From positions 981,335 through 1,045,334 of the forward strand of contig NIVC01000033.1 in assembly GCA_002269645.1 (NCBI GenBank): a stretch of DNA of 64,000 bases, read 5' to 3'. The DNA comes from Macrostomum lignano. Its lineage: Eukaryota. The notes beneath the pieces are model-generated. The model had not been told where the DNA came from. It ran no database searches and saw nothing but the letters and a program-made list of their open reading frames with translations. A program made the translations under genes and the position numbers. Shown here in pieces: positions 24,201 through 34,300 of the stretch (the stretch's first letter is position 1; each line of letters starts with the position of its first letter).

Positions 24201-27200
24201 ATGAGGATTAGGGACGATGAGGATTGGGGACGATGAGGATTAGGGACGATGAGGATTAGGGAGGATGGGGATTAGGGACGATGAGGATTGGGGATGATGG
24301 GGATTAGGGATGATGAGGATTAGGGAGGATGAGGATTAGGGACGATGAGGAATAGGGATGATGGGGATTAGGGATGATGAGGATTAGGGATGATGAGGAT
24401 TAAGGAGGATGAGGATTAGGGAGGATGAGGATTAGGGACGATGAGGATTAGGGACGATGAGGATTAGGGACGATGAGGATTAGGGAGGATGGGGATTAGG
24501 GACGATGAGGATTAGGGATGATGGGGATTAGGGATGATGAGGATTAGGGAGGATGAGGATTAGGGACGATGAGGATTAGGGGTGATAAAATTTGGGATAA
24601 TGAGGATTAGGGATGATGAGGATTAGGGAAGATGAGGATTCGGGATGATGAGGATTAGGGACGATGAGGATTAGGGACGATGATGATTAGGGATGATGAG
24701 GATTAGGGATGATGAGGATTAGGGAAGATGAGGATTCGGGATGATGAGGATTAGGGACGATGAGGATTAGGGACGATGAGGATTAGGGACGATGAGGATT
24801 AGGGATGATGAGGATTAGGGAAGATGAGGATTAGGGACGATGAGGATTCGGGATGATGAGGATTAGGAGGATGAGGATTAGGGACGATGATGATTAGGGA
24901 TGATGAGGATAAGGGATGATGAGGATAAGGGATGATGAGGATTAGTGGCAATGTGTATTAGTGGCGATGAGGATTAGGGACGATGATGATTAAGGGCGAA
25001 GTCTTACAGTCGAAAAGCCAAATGAAAGGTGGACATGTTCTTCTCCCAAAATATAATTGGGATAAACTGAAATTGATCGAGCCGCCCAGTAACTCACACT
25101 GTCCGAGTCGATCAAAACATCCCCATTGTTATCCTCCAGATCCGGCGGGATCTCGGTCGGGCTGTCCATTCCAGACGATGGCTTCAGTGGGAGTCCCTTC
25201 CGCTTATGACTATTGAGCTGGGTTGCAAAATGAAATTCCTTAGCGATACTCAGCCCAGGTAACGGGGAGTCGGGCGTTAAATACCCCAGCTGTCACGCGG
25301 CTGAAATATCCGCCCCAGGGCTAATCCGCGTATCCGCGCGGAGTTGGGAGGCCGGCTTAGCAACTCCCCATCCCCTTGCACCGGCTTCTCTCCCAGTCCT
25401 GCACCCTGCTGGGCCAATTCTCCCCTACTTCTAAAAGAGCTAGCGGATGACTGGGCGATTTCAAATCCGCCACCACAGGGAGGCCAGCTTCCCTCTCTCC
25501 ACAGCTCTTACAAGCCTCTTCAAGCCTCCGTACTGTCCTGCCCAGTTCTGTGCAACTTTCTTGCTCCCCTGTCCCCATTGGCTGTTGCTCCCTGGCAACC
25601 AGAACAGAGGGAGGTGGGCGGGGGATCGCGGAAGAGGAAAACGGGGAGCAAGGCTGAGACAAGCAGATGAGGAGAGGATTTTCACTTCGAAGCGGGAGTT
25701 CCCAACAAGGGAAATCGTGAATCCTAAGCGCCCCCACCCCACCCTAGTGGGGGGGGGGCAGCGGGGGTGGGGGCGTTTCCCAGCCTCCGTCTCATCCGCC
25801 AAAATGGGGAAAAAACTTCCAACAGGAACATTCACTGGCCCGACTAGCTAGGAAGGGAGTCAAAGGAAGAGACGCGTTTAGTCAGGCAGCACAAGTCTGA
25901 GTAGTCAGCTGTGAATAATGCGAGAGGCAAGGCCTCCCTCTTTGCTAAAGCATCGCCTGAGAGGATTTTGAAAGACAAGAAATAAAGAATTTGACAAAGG
26001 CGGCGGCGGCGGCGGCCGTGGCGCCAATTCTCAAGCAAAAAACCTGAGCATAGCCTGAGCAGACTTAAGCTGACATATTAGGGCACAACACTGGAGGAGG
26101 CATACGAAGAGAAAAGTAAAGAGAACAGACAGTTCCCCAGCTGCACTGCACCAACAATGCCTCACAAAAATGACTTGCGCCGCCCATGAACCGCTCAAAG
26201 CAAACAGAAAGCAGCTGAGAATTTCACTTTTGCAAGGTTGAAACACCTGAAAGACACAGAATTTCTCGTTTTCAGGCACAGTGCACTGTAATTGGACTGG
26301 CAACTAAAAATCATCTAAGCTTAAGCTAACTCAACTAACTGCAACCTGCATTGGTCACTCTTCTCCCAACTCCACCACCTTAACCCTGAGTCGTCGGCCA
26401 ACATAAAAGCAGAGAATTTATGAGAACCTGACCCAGTGTGAACAGCTGGCACTCCAGATTCTGGATCCAGATCACCTGACCCAGTGTGAACAGCTGGCAC
26501 TCCAGATTCTGGATCCAGATCACCTTGACCCAGTGTAAACAGCTGGCACTCCAGATTCTGGATCCAGATCACGACCCAGTGTGAACAGCTGGCACTCCAG
26601 ATTCTGGATCCAGATCACCTTGACCCAGTGTGAACAGCTGGCACTCCAGATTCTGGATCCAGATCACCTTGACCCAGTGTGAACAGCTGGCACTCCAGAT
26701 TCTGGATCCAGATCACCTGACCCACTGTGAACAGCTGGCACTCCAGATTCTGGATCCAGATCACCTGACCCAGTGTGAACAGCTGGCACTCCAGATTCTG
26801 GATCCAGATCACCTTGACCCAGTGTAAACAGCTGGCACTCCAGATTCTGGATCCAGATCACGACCCAGTGTGAACAGCTGGCACTCCAGATTCTGGATCC
26901 AGATCACCTGACCCAGTGTGAACAGCTGGCACTCCAGATTCTGGATCCAGATCACCTTGACCCAGTGTGAACAGCTGGCACTCCAGATTCTGGATCCAGA
27001 TCACCTTGACCCAGTGTGAACAGCTGGCACTCCAGATTCTGGATCCAGATAACCTTGACCCAGTGTGAACAGCTGGCACTCCAGATTCTGGATCCAGATC
27101 ACCTTGACCCAGTGTGAACAGCTGGCACTCCAGATTCTGGATCCAGATCACCTTGACCCAGTGTGAACAGCTGGCACTCCAGATTCTGGATCCAGATCAC

Positions 27201-30200
27201 CTTGACCCAGTGTGAACAGCTGGCACTCCAGATTCTGGATCCAGATCACCTTGACCCAGTGTGAACAGCTGGCACTCCAGATTCTGGATCCAGATCACCT
27301 TGACCCAGTGTGAACAGCTGGCACTCCAGATTCTGGATCCAGATCACCTTGACCCAAGGCTAGTGCTCAGAGTTGCACAGGCAGCGCAGCAGAATTTTGC
27401 TTGCGTCACAATCTAGCAAGCAGGCGGCTGGTCTGCAGCACCGCTAAATTATTAACCAGGCGAAAAACTGCAACAGTGCGTCAGCAGTCCCAGCCTGCAC
27501 AGCCTTCGCCCGTTGTCCCACTGCCAAAGGCACGCAAACTTCAGTCAGTCGCTCCGCCCCAGTGCCACTGACTTGTTGAAGCGCCAACCAAAACTGCATG
27601 CGGGGCGTTGTTTATGATGATGTAAAATATTTTTTGTGGCAGGAAAATGGCAGCCTGCAAGCTGGGAGCCCAGAAATTCTCAGACCAATTTCCGTGTTGA
27701 AGTTAGCAACTGTTTTTGGAACAAGTCCACGCGAACAGGCGCCTTTGCTCATCAGATCTCTATGGAGACGGGGCGGAAACAGGGGAGAGTTGCTTGGGAG
27801 AGGAGACGTGAACAGGTGAAACTAACTTCGGATTGGCATCTAGAGACAGGTTGGCATTAGAAGTAGATGGGGGGAATCAGGGATAGAAGTAGATTAGGGG
27901 GAGAAATGAGGGGTAGAAGTAGATTAGGGGGAGAAATGGGAGATAGAAGTAGATTATGGGGAGAAATGAGGGATAGAGGTAGATGGGAGAAATGAGGGAT
28001 AGAAGTAGATGGGAGAAACGAGGGATAGAAGTAGATAGGAGAAACGAGGGATAGAAGTAGATGAGAGAAACGAGGGATAGAAGTAGATGGGAGAAATGAG
28101 GGATAGAAGTAGATGGGAGAAACGAGGGATAGAAGTAGATGGGAGAAACGAGGGATAGAAGTAGATGGGAGAAATGAGGGATAGAAGTGCGCTCGTAGAT
28201 GGGAGAGATGAGGGATAGAAGTAGATGGGAGAAATGAGGGATAAAAGTAGATGGGAGAAATGAGGGATAGAAGTAGATGGGAGAAACGAGGGATAAAAGT
28301 AGATGGGAGAAATGAGGGATAGAAGTAGATAGGAGAAACGAGGGATAGAAGTAGATGGGAGAAACGAGGGATAGAAGTAGATGGGAGAAATGAGGGATAG
28401 AAGTGCGCTCGTAGATGGGAGAGATGAGGGATAGAAGTAGATGGGAGAAATGAGGGATAAAAGTAGATGGGAGAAATGAGGGATAGAAGTAGATGGGAGA
28501 ATCAGGGATAGAAGTAGATGAGAGAAATGAGGGATAGAAGTAGATGGGAGAAATGAGGGATAGAAGTAGATAGGAGAAATGAGGGATAGAAGTAAATAGG
28601 AGAGATGAGGGATAGAAGTAGATGGGAGAAATGAGGGATAGAAGTAGATGGGAGAAATGAGGGATAGAAGTAGATGGGAGAAATGAGGGATAGAATTAGA
28701 TGGGAGAAATGAGGGATAGAAGTAGATGGGAGAAATGAGGGATAGAAGTAGATGGGAGAAATGAGGGATAGAAGTAGATGGATAGAAACATACTACTTGA
28801 AGTAGCTGCAAAGGCGCCAAGAGATGTGCAACAAGGTAATAACAGGCAATAAAATAATTTATGCGGACAAGCAGGTAGTCAGAAAAATCAATCAGAGATA
28901 ACAGCCGCCCTCTCACAGCACTGCAGCCAATTAGCAATTTGAAATTTCTGCAGCTCTATAAAAGCTCAAGCGACAATAAAATCCGGTAAGCCCAAATTAT
29001 GAGCAGTTTTATGTCGGCTGCAGAGTGCGCTGGGCGTTGCAGAAGCAGCTGGGAGACGGTTCCCGGGAAACTCCCCACTCATTCCTAAAACCCCACGGAG
29101 TAAAAGAGGGCGTGGACTGCAGGAGCAGGGGACCGGGCGAGCGCTCAGCCTCAGCCATTATTGCCAAACTCCATCAGGCCTAAGTGCATTTTAGGCTTTT
29201 GTGAATTTTCCAAAGCATTATTCTCTTTTTTCTCACTTCTCCAGCAGCCAAGACCTGCCGGACCAGGTGCTCCGCTTCTCAAACTGCCTTGCACTGCCTG
29301 CATTTAGACAGCAAAAAAAGCAAACAGCGTGGAGGCGAAGAAGGGCGGATGGATGGGGGAGAGGAGGCTGAGCAGCGGTAAAGAATCCTGTATCCACGAG
29401 CGCTTTAAACACGATCGCTGCCTGCCTATCCGGCATGCACTTTTTATGCGAATAATAAATTGACAATCTGCAGATTTCATAATCAGGAGCTGCACTGTGC
29501 ACATTGGACAATGAGAAAGTCGTACAGTTGTCTGCAATTGAGACACAGCGGCTGATTGAAAACTGACTACAGACTCCACTAAGTAGACCCAGGAACCAGC
29601 TTCTAACCTGTACAAACTCAAAGCCTAATAAATTATAAAATTTAGAAATTGGACAATGAAAAGCTATTGCAAAATGCAATACATTTGTGAGTTAGAATCC
29701 CAGAATGAGACAAGCAGCAGAAGGTAGGTAGGCATGAGAACTGCTTCCGCAAAGCAATGCTACGTAGATGAGCCCGGGGCTGTGTAAACTTTTAGAATTG
29801 CCAAGTACAAGATCAGGGTAGTGGAGCCAGACAGACAGACGGGAAAAAAGTTAGTTCGGAAACTTGCACTCCAGAGAATACTTCTGGGACAAATTCTTAT
29901 TCAATTAGATGACCTTGACTTGATCCACGACCATGTGACTAAAAGACATTGACTTCGCGGTCTTGCACTTTTAAGCATCGATAACTTGAGGGACCACAGA
30001 ATATACATGTACAATCCGCAAGTGCGGAATCACGCGCATTCTGAAGGACGCCATTGCGATCACTTAAACTAAAAAGCAACCCTGGAATTACGTGACCTAC
30101 AGAAGCAACCTTGGGATCACGTGACCTACAGAAGCAACCTTGGGATCACGTGACCTACAGAAGTAACCTTGCGATCACGTGACCTACAGAAGTAACCTTG

Positions 30201-30673
30201 GAATCACGTGACCTACAGAAGTAACCTTGGGATCACGTGACCTACAGAAGCGGCCTTGGAATCATGTCAACTATAGAAGCGACGTTGGGATCACGTGACA
30301 TACGTAATTTTGAATAAGTAATTTTGCAGGTTTCAAACATTTAAAAAAATTGAAAGCTCACCCGCTCAGATAGGGCATTGTAGCGAATCGACAGCTGATC
30401 TCTCTCGGCTCGCGTATCGGCGAGCGCCTCCTCCAAGCGATTCAGCTCTCGCTGGAGGCGGGCGACCTCGTCGCCGGAGCCGACTCCGCCGCCTGAGCCG
30501 ACGCGCCCACCGACGCCGCTCCAATCGGCGACGCCGGAACCGGTTCCAACCGGATCGTCCAGGTTTCTAGTTATCGAGTCTCGAATTCGAGCTGAAACTC
30601 GCTCCCGTCCGCCGGTGCCTGTGCGCAGGTAGCCGCCTGATTGACCTTCTTTGAGCACCGACTGTTCCAGTCT
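1..30673 (-). CDS. CROCC: Rootletin (ciliary rootlet coiled-coil protein), multi-exon gene, about 2000 aa in window, 3' end beyond position 1
   Basis: Spliced translation matches recalled rootletin hallmarks in order: IRDSITRNL..AERDQLSIRYNALSER, YKRKLATYQEGQQRQAQLVQKLQAK, DLESALIRLEEEQQRSASLAHVNAMLREQLDQA, YFSSEHNRLLSLWR, DIDPEAVRLALRDF, RERLHRQRV. Exons: 30673-30362, 20374(or 20641/20866)-20207, 19270-19187 or 18895-18818, 17638-17523, 14709-14061, 13581-13324, 12620-12393, 11791-10786, 10633-10464, 9817-9566, 9243-8827, 8282-7968, 6743-6308, 4825-4326, 4148-3969, 3881-3537, 2629-2363, 294-<1. All are GT-AG with compatible phases. Confidence 0.95.
362..1685. repeat. 23-bp minisatellite (TTTAGGGCGATTATCTCGGGTAG)
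   Basis: Direct reading, about 57 units. Confidence 0.95.
2363..2629 (-). CDS. CROCC: Rootletin exon (GELTDNE...LKKTLDK)
   Basis: tgtcag|GGT acceptor, AAG|GTTTGT donor, 267 nt, phase 0/0. Confidence 0.9.
2680..3510. repeat. Compound minisatellite (TCTATGGCAC / TGTCAGTCTATG modules)
   Basis: Direct reading. Confidence 0.93.
3537..3881 (-). CDS. CROCC: Rootletin exon (VLHDRVDNL...VQSLQ)
   Basis: tttccag|GTG acceptor, CAG|GTATTG donor, 345 nt; contains ALTSSEHDRRVLQERLD. Confidence 0.9.
3969..4148 (-). CDS. CROCC: Rootletin exon (EKLNKMK...DAENQ)
   Basis: ctttcag|GAG acceptor, CAG|GTTGGG donor, 180 nt. Confidence 0.88.
4326..4825 (-). CDS. CROCC: Rootletin exon (S/P/R-rich linker then DIDPEAVRLALRDF...KRQLQ)
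   Basis: aatag|GC phase-1 acceptor, CAG|GTAAGG donor, 500 nt. Confidence 0.9.
5910..5923. promoter_or_regulatory. RFX X-box candidate (GTTGTCATGACAAC)
   Basis: Perfect 14-bp palindrome fitting the X-box consensus, in an intron of a ciliary gene. Confidence 0.5.
6308..6743 (-). CDS. CROCC: Rootletin exon (VVETEAS...SPTK G)
   Basis: ccgcag|GTG acceptor; phase-1 donor AAG G|GTAGGT; 436 nt. The frame stays open to a second in-phase donor at 6083 and a stop at 6066. Confidence 0.88.
6749..7053. repeat. 32-bp minisatellite abutting an exon acceptor
   Basis: Unit GTTATTGGGTCATTGGGGACTGCTATGAGCCT. Confidence 0.93.
7543..7858. repeat. 19-bp minisatellite (CTGGGTATCTTGAGAGTCA)
   Basis: Direct reading. 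Confidence 0.92.
7968..8282 (-). CDS. CROCC: Rootletin exon (IKEMEAER...FGLKQK)
   Basis: cgcccag|ATC acceptor, AAG|GTGAGC donor, 315 nt. Confidence 0.9.
8313..8772. repeat. 22-bp minisatellite (TCTCACCGGTTCTCACTGCCTG)
   Basis: Direct reading. Confidence 0.93.
8827..9243 (-). CDS. CROCC: Rootletin exon (TVASELDRARR...NEELRKK)
   Basis: ctcccccag|ACC acceptor, AAG|GTGAGA donor, 417 nt. Confidence 0.9.
9352..9491 (+). mobile_element. SINE fragment (3' body), same family as 61322-61650
   Basis: Shares ATAAAGTTAGGG.CGCTGTACACTCCTGTG..GTGCCTGCTCAGG.GAG..GACAATGTCGCTTAAAGTGC with the 61.5 kb copy. Confidence 0.7.
9566..9817 (-). CDS. CROCC: Rootletin exon (DNQRAEY...RDESLMLAENDKQQALS...ELQ)
   Basis: cccgcag|GAC acceptor, CAG|GTGCGA donor, 252 nt. 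Confidence 0.9.
9880..10404. repeat. About 37-bp minisatellite (AGAGTCACGTGACGCTCTCAGAGTCATCGAGAAGAAA)
   Basis: Direct reading; each unit holds the palindrome GTCACGTGAC. Confidence 0.92.
10464..10633 (-). CDS. CROCC: Rootletin exon (EISRITKE...LTKEK)
   Basis: gctgcag|CC phase-1 acceptor, AAG|GTGAGC donor, 170 nt. Confidence 0.88.
10786..11791 (-). CDS. CROCC: Rootletin exon, long coiled-coil segment
   Basis: cccgcag|GTC acceptor, ACT G|GTAAG donor, 1006 nt; contains LKMQSLNEGLGHDKVELN. Confidence 0.92.
11838..12290. repeat. Pyrimidine-rich low-complexity tract (TCTACTTCTCTC-like)
   Basis: Direct reading. Confidence 0.85.
12393..12620 (-). CDS. CROCC: Rootletin exon (VQELRGKL...SQLEK)
   Basis: tctgcag|GTG acceptor, AAG|GTGCGG donor, 228 nt. 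Confidence 0.9.
12743..13265. repeat. About 23-bp minisatellite (GGCGCCAATGGGAAAATCATGGG)
   Basis: Direct reading. Confidence 0.92.
13324..13581 (-). CDS. CROCC: Rootletin exon (GADDAAT...SLRDIAQAVISD...ALNKRALQ)
   Basis: ctcccag|GGT acceptor, CAG|GTAGGC donor, 258 nt. Confidence 0.9.
13612..13950. repeat. About 35-bp minisatellite (TTGATCTCAAATAATCTCACCCATGAGATTTGATA)
   Basis: Direct reading. Confidence 0.9.
14061..14709 (-). CDS. CROCC: Rootletin exon (SASLAHVNAMLREQLDQA...SAEPP)
   Basis: cgcccag|A phase-2 acceptor, CCG|GTGAGT donor, 649 nt. Confidence 0.92.
14805..15250. repeat. 20-bp minisatellite (TTGATTCACATATCTCAGCC)
   Basis: Direct reading. Confidence 0.92.
16070..17110. repeat. 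21-bp G-rich minisatellite (GGGGGCGGAAGAGAGGAGGGT)
   Basis: Direct reading. Confidence 0.93.
17523..17638 (-). CDS. CROCC: Rootletin exon (NDSYQFK...DLESALIRLEEEQQR)
   Basis: gttgcag|AAC acceptor, AG|GTGGG phase-2 donor, 116 nt. Confidence 0.9.
17868..18490. repeat. 24-bp C-rich minisatellite (CCCCTGCCCCAGTCCCTCACAATA)
   Basis: Direct reading. Confidence 0.94.
18818..18895 (-). CDS. CROCC: Rootletin exon A (VLQYKKKCSEMEAKVQVMEQEADRKR)
   Basis: gaag|GTG acceptor, CGC|GTGAGT donor, 78 nt; matches the rootletin ILQYKKRCSE motif. Confidence 0.85.
19187..19270 (-). CDS. CROCC: Rootletin exon B, paralogue of exon A (VLAYKKKVSESDLENQRLKTQLRSFKQS)
   Basis: aattag|GTA acceptor, TCG|GTGATT donor, 84 nt, phase 0/0, GC3-rich patch within AT-rich intron. 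Confidence 0.7.
19655..20050. repeat. Purine-rich low-complexity repeat (GGAGGGGATGGAGGGGACAGA-like)
   Basis: Direct reading. Confidence 0.85.
20207..20866 (-). CDS. CROCC: Rootletin exon (...DLRKRLDDEQQSYKRKLATYQEGQQRQAQLVQKLQAK) with a long open in-frame 5' extension
   Basis: AAG|GTGAGT donor at 20206. In-frame acceptors exist at 20374 (cctgttttccag|) and 20641 (tttcccag|); the frame is open to an ATG at 20866. The 5' boundary is uncertain. Confidence 0.8.
21211..21248. promoter_or_regulatory. Cluster of X-box-like sites (TTGCTTAGCAAC, CTTAGCAAC, GTTGCTTAG)
   Basis: Three GTTGCCTAGCAAC-like motifs in 38 bp, about 350 bp upstream of the ATG at 20866. Confidence 0.55.
22580..22593. promoter_or_regulatory. 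RFX X-box (GTAACCATGGCAAC)
   Basis: Reverse complement GTTGCCATGGTTAC is a near-canonical X-box. Confidence 0.6.
23609..23622. promoter_or_regulatory. RFX X-box (GTTACCATGGCAAC)
   Basis: Canonical X-box sequence in a rootletin intron. Confidence 0.65.
23818..24990. repeat. 16-bp minisatellite (GATGAGGATTAGGGAC/T)
   Basis: Direct reading; each unit contains TTAGGG. Confidence 0.94.
26428..27357. repeat. About 49-bp minisatellite (GACCCAGTGTGAACAGCTGGCACTCCAGATTCTGGATCCAGATCACCTT)
   Basis: Direct reading. Confidence 0.95.
27860..28788. repeat. 26-bp purine-rich minisatellite (GGGAGAAATGAGGGATAGAAGTAGAT)
   Basis: Direct reading. Confidence 0.93.
30074..30300. repeat. 29-bp minisatellite (CAGAAGTAACCTTGGGATCACGTGACCTA)
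   Basis: Direct reading. Confidence 0.9.
30362..30673 (-). CDS. CROCC: Rootletin N-terminal exon (RLEQSVL...IRDSITRNL...RAERDQLSIRYNALSER)
   Basis: ccctaacag|AGA acceptor, CGG|GTGAGC donor, 312 nt; collinear with the recalled human TLESSVL..IREIVTRNL..RAERDELAIKYNAVSER. Confidence 0.88.
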
Positions 30674-31829
30674 CTGTTAGGGGAGCGCGGGCTGCAGATT
30701 TTAGAGTTTTCGAAACATATTGGATAAAATAATCCTAACAGTCAGTTTCAATAACGATAGAATTATTTCATAAATAAACGACATTTTCGATACATATCGG
30801 CTACATATGTTATACCAGCAAACTAATTACTGAATCATAGGTCCATTCGATACATATCGGCTTTACTCGAATCAATAGCTACACACTAACTGCATCCAGG
30901 TTCTACTATTTCGATACATATCGGCTACCTAAAACCACAGATACTATAATAACTTATTAATAATAGCTTATTATTAATAATAACTATAATAACTTATTAC
31001 GAGTATAATACCCATACTAACTTAATTATTATAGTACCTGTGCGTAAAACTAAACACTGATCGCATCCGGCTAAAAAAATTTCGATACATATCGGCTACC
31101 TGCAACTACACACGATTATATTCGACTAAAACAGTTTCGATACATATCGGCAAGATAAAATACTCCAAACTAATTGTTATGAGATTTGATCTCGCTAAAA
31201 CTTACAATTTTTATTACTTACCCGCAAAGTAACTCAACTGTTGAAATAAGTTTTTTAAAAATCTTTTTTTACTGAAATTTACTGTTATGAAGTTGGATCA
31301 GTTCGAAAGCACAGCAAACAGTGCATTATATGCAGTTTATTTATTTGGCTTCTTCTAACCATCCTCGCCGCAGCACCAACCCCAGCCACAAAGACAGCCT
31401 GCTTGAAGGAGACTCGGGCAAAAGCAGATGCCCACCTCACTCCCGCAGCTGAGAACTGCCTGCCAAAACTCGGCCCTTGCGGCAGACAGACATCATAGTT
31501 CAGTCTGGGCCCGGACTTGCTTATTAAAGCTGTTCACCTGCTCTAAAATAGTTTTTTATGCGCCAGACTGCTTGCCTCTGCATGCGCAGTTGAGCTCGAA
31601 ATTGCACTCGATGCCTTACTCAATTCTTTGCGAGACTTTTCTATTAGCTGATATTAGTAAAATTGAAACTCGGCACTGGACAGTCGGCTGCGCAATAAAA
31701 AACTGGAGAGCTGATACCGAATTCTGGGGCACGCGCAACTAGCGGCTGTGGATTTCATTTGTCTGTTTTATTAAATAAGAATGAAGTGGAAAAAATAAAG
31801 TAAGAACAAAACGCGACTGGTAAAAGGAG

Positions 31830-32950
31830 AGTGGAGAGGGTAGAGGGAGAGTATGGGATAGAGGGAGTAGAGTAGAGAGAGTAGAGGTAGATTAGAGGGT
31901 AGAGGGAGAGTAGAGGGTAAACGGAGAGTAGAGGGGTAGAGGGAGAGTAGAGAACGTAGTAGAGCAGAGAGGGTAGAAGGCGAGTAGAGTGGGTAGAGGG
32001 AGAGTAGAGGGTAGAGGGAGAGTAGAGTGGGTAGAGGGAGAGTAGAGGGTAGAGGGAGAGTAGAGTGGGTAGAGGGATAGTAGAGGGTAGACGGAGAGTA
32101 AAGGGTAGAGGGAGAGTAGAGAAGGTAGTAGAGTAGAGAGGGTAGAAGGCGAGTAGAGTGGGTAGAGGGAGAGTAGAGGGTAGAGGGAGAGTAGAGAGGG
32201 TATAGGGAGAGTAGAGAGTAGAGAGTAGAGTGTAGAGAGAGTAGACAGTATAGGGAGGGTAGAGTTTAGAGAGAGAGTAGAGTGTAGAGGGAGAGTAGGA
32301 GTCGACGGAGAGTAGACATTAGAGGGAGTATGGGGTAGAGGGAGAGTAGAGAGGGTAGAGGGAGAGTAGAGTGGGTAGAGGGAGAGTAGAGGGTAGAGGG
32401 AGAGTAGAGAAGGTAGTAGAGTAGAGAGGGTAGAGGGAGAGTAGAGGGGTAGAGGGAGAGTAGAGAGGGTAGAGGGAGAGTAGAGGCTAGGGGGAGTATG
32501 GGGTAGAGGGAGAGTAGAGGGTATAGGGAGAGTAGAGAGTAGAGTGTAGAGAGAGAGAGAGTAGACAGTAGAGGGAGGGTAGAGTTTAGAGAGAAAGTAG
32601 AGTGTAGAGGGAGAGTAGAGTCGACGGAGAGTAGACATTAGAGGGAGTATGGGGTAGAGGGAGAGTAGAGAGGGTAGAGGGAGGGTATAGAGGATGGAAC
32701 GAGAGTAGAGAAAGTATTGGAACAGAAAGAGAGGAGTAGAGGGGATAGAGGGAGAGTAGAGGGGATAGAGGGAGAGTAGAGAGGGTAGAGGGAGGGTATA
32801 GAGGATGGAAGGAGAGTAGAGAAAGTATTGGAACAGAAAGAGAGGAGTAGAGGGGATAGAGGAAGAGGGGGATTAGCAGGAGAGGGAAAGGGCAGGTGGA
32901 GATGGAAAAAATAGAGAAAGAGGGTAGAGAAAAGAGAAGTAGAGGATAAG
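31830..32950. repeat. Purine-rich repeat (GTAGAGGGAGAGTAGAG-like)
   Basis: Direct reading. Confidence 0.9.
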
Positions 32951-33799
32951 CGTAGGTTAGAGGGGAAGAGCGGGACCCAACAACTCTTGCACAAGAGCCA
33001 GCCCCCAAGGCGCAGGTTGTGCACTGTCTGATTATGGAAAAGTCAGGGCACCCTGTACACCCTGCGAGCGCGTGCTCAGCGGGAATGGGCGGTGTTTGCT
33101 CAGCCTGAGCAGCATACTCGCAGTAGCACATTAGGACCTGCACTCTCACACACGCGCAGAGAGCTCACAGCTGGCACAAGGCAGACACAAAAACAGAATA
33201 ACAAGAAAGAAGTTAAAGAACTTGAAAAACCTCGTCAGTCCCTCCCTCCCTCCCTACACTACTGTCTGTCTGTCTGTCCGGCTCAGTTTAACGGTGCCAA
33301 GCGCTTAGTGAATACGAACGAACTCCCTCGCTTAAAGCTCAGCTCAAAGCCCCTTGGCAACCCAGCAGAGAGACAGAATGGCGATACACGAGTAGATATG
33401 GAATTGTCTTCTGCTCAGCCAAAACCTTCACAGACTTAAAAACACAATATGAGCTCAAACTACAGCGGAGGGTTGGGGGCTGAGAGCTGACAGCATAACG
33501 CCCCGGCAAAAGCTCGTCAGGTCTTCATTCTTCAAGAAACCGAATACCTACCTAACAGCAGACAAGGCGCTCAGAATGGCAGTGTTAGAAATTCAATTTC
33601 ATGCTTCATATCGCACAATATTTAAAGACTGCAGGTCAAAGTTGCTCGGCTGTGGCTGCAGTACAATGCTCTTACTGATCATTTATCTAAACCGTTCTCT
33701 AGCGTCAAAGCCTACTACTCACTTGAGAAGCTCGCTATGGAGCATATCCAACTTAACTTGGTTTTTGATGTGTTAAAACCTACAGACTCGCTATATGTA

Positions 33800-34300
33800 C
33801 CCTAAGTATCCCTAAATATCTACTAGAAAGCCTACTGGATTCACTTTATCTACCCTAAAACCTACCCGATTCGTTGTATCTACCCTAAAACCTACCCGAT
33901 TCGCTGTATCTACCATAAAACCTACTGGATTCATTTTAACCACCCTAAAACCTGCGAGCACCGGATTCACTATATCTACCCTAAAACCTACCCGATTCGC
34001 TGTATCTACCCTAAAACCTACCCGATTCGCTGTATCTACCCTAAAACCTACCCGATTCGCTGTATCTACCCTAAAACCTACCCGATTCGCTATATCTACC
34101 ATAAAACCTACCCGATGCACTTTTTCTACCCTAAACCTACCCGATTCGCTGTATCTACCCCAAAACCTACCCGATTCGCTATATGTAACCTAAATATCTA
34201 CCAGAAAAAAACCTACCGGATTCACTTTATCTACCTAAAATACCTAAAACCTACCAGATTTGCTATATCTACCCTAAAATCTATTGGAATCGCTATAGAT
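33800..34300. repeat. 30-bp minisatellite (CCCTAAAACCTACCCGATTCGCTGTATCTA)
   Basis: Direct reading. Confidence 0.9.

Noticed and set aside
30709-31151. CRISPR array
   Set aside because: Repeats are only 16 bp, spacing is irregular, there are no cas genes and the context is a eukaryotic intron. Kept only as a motif cluster.
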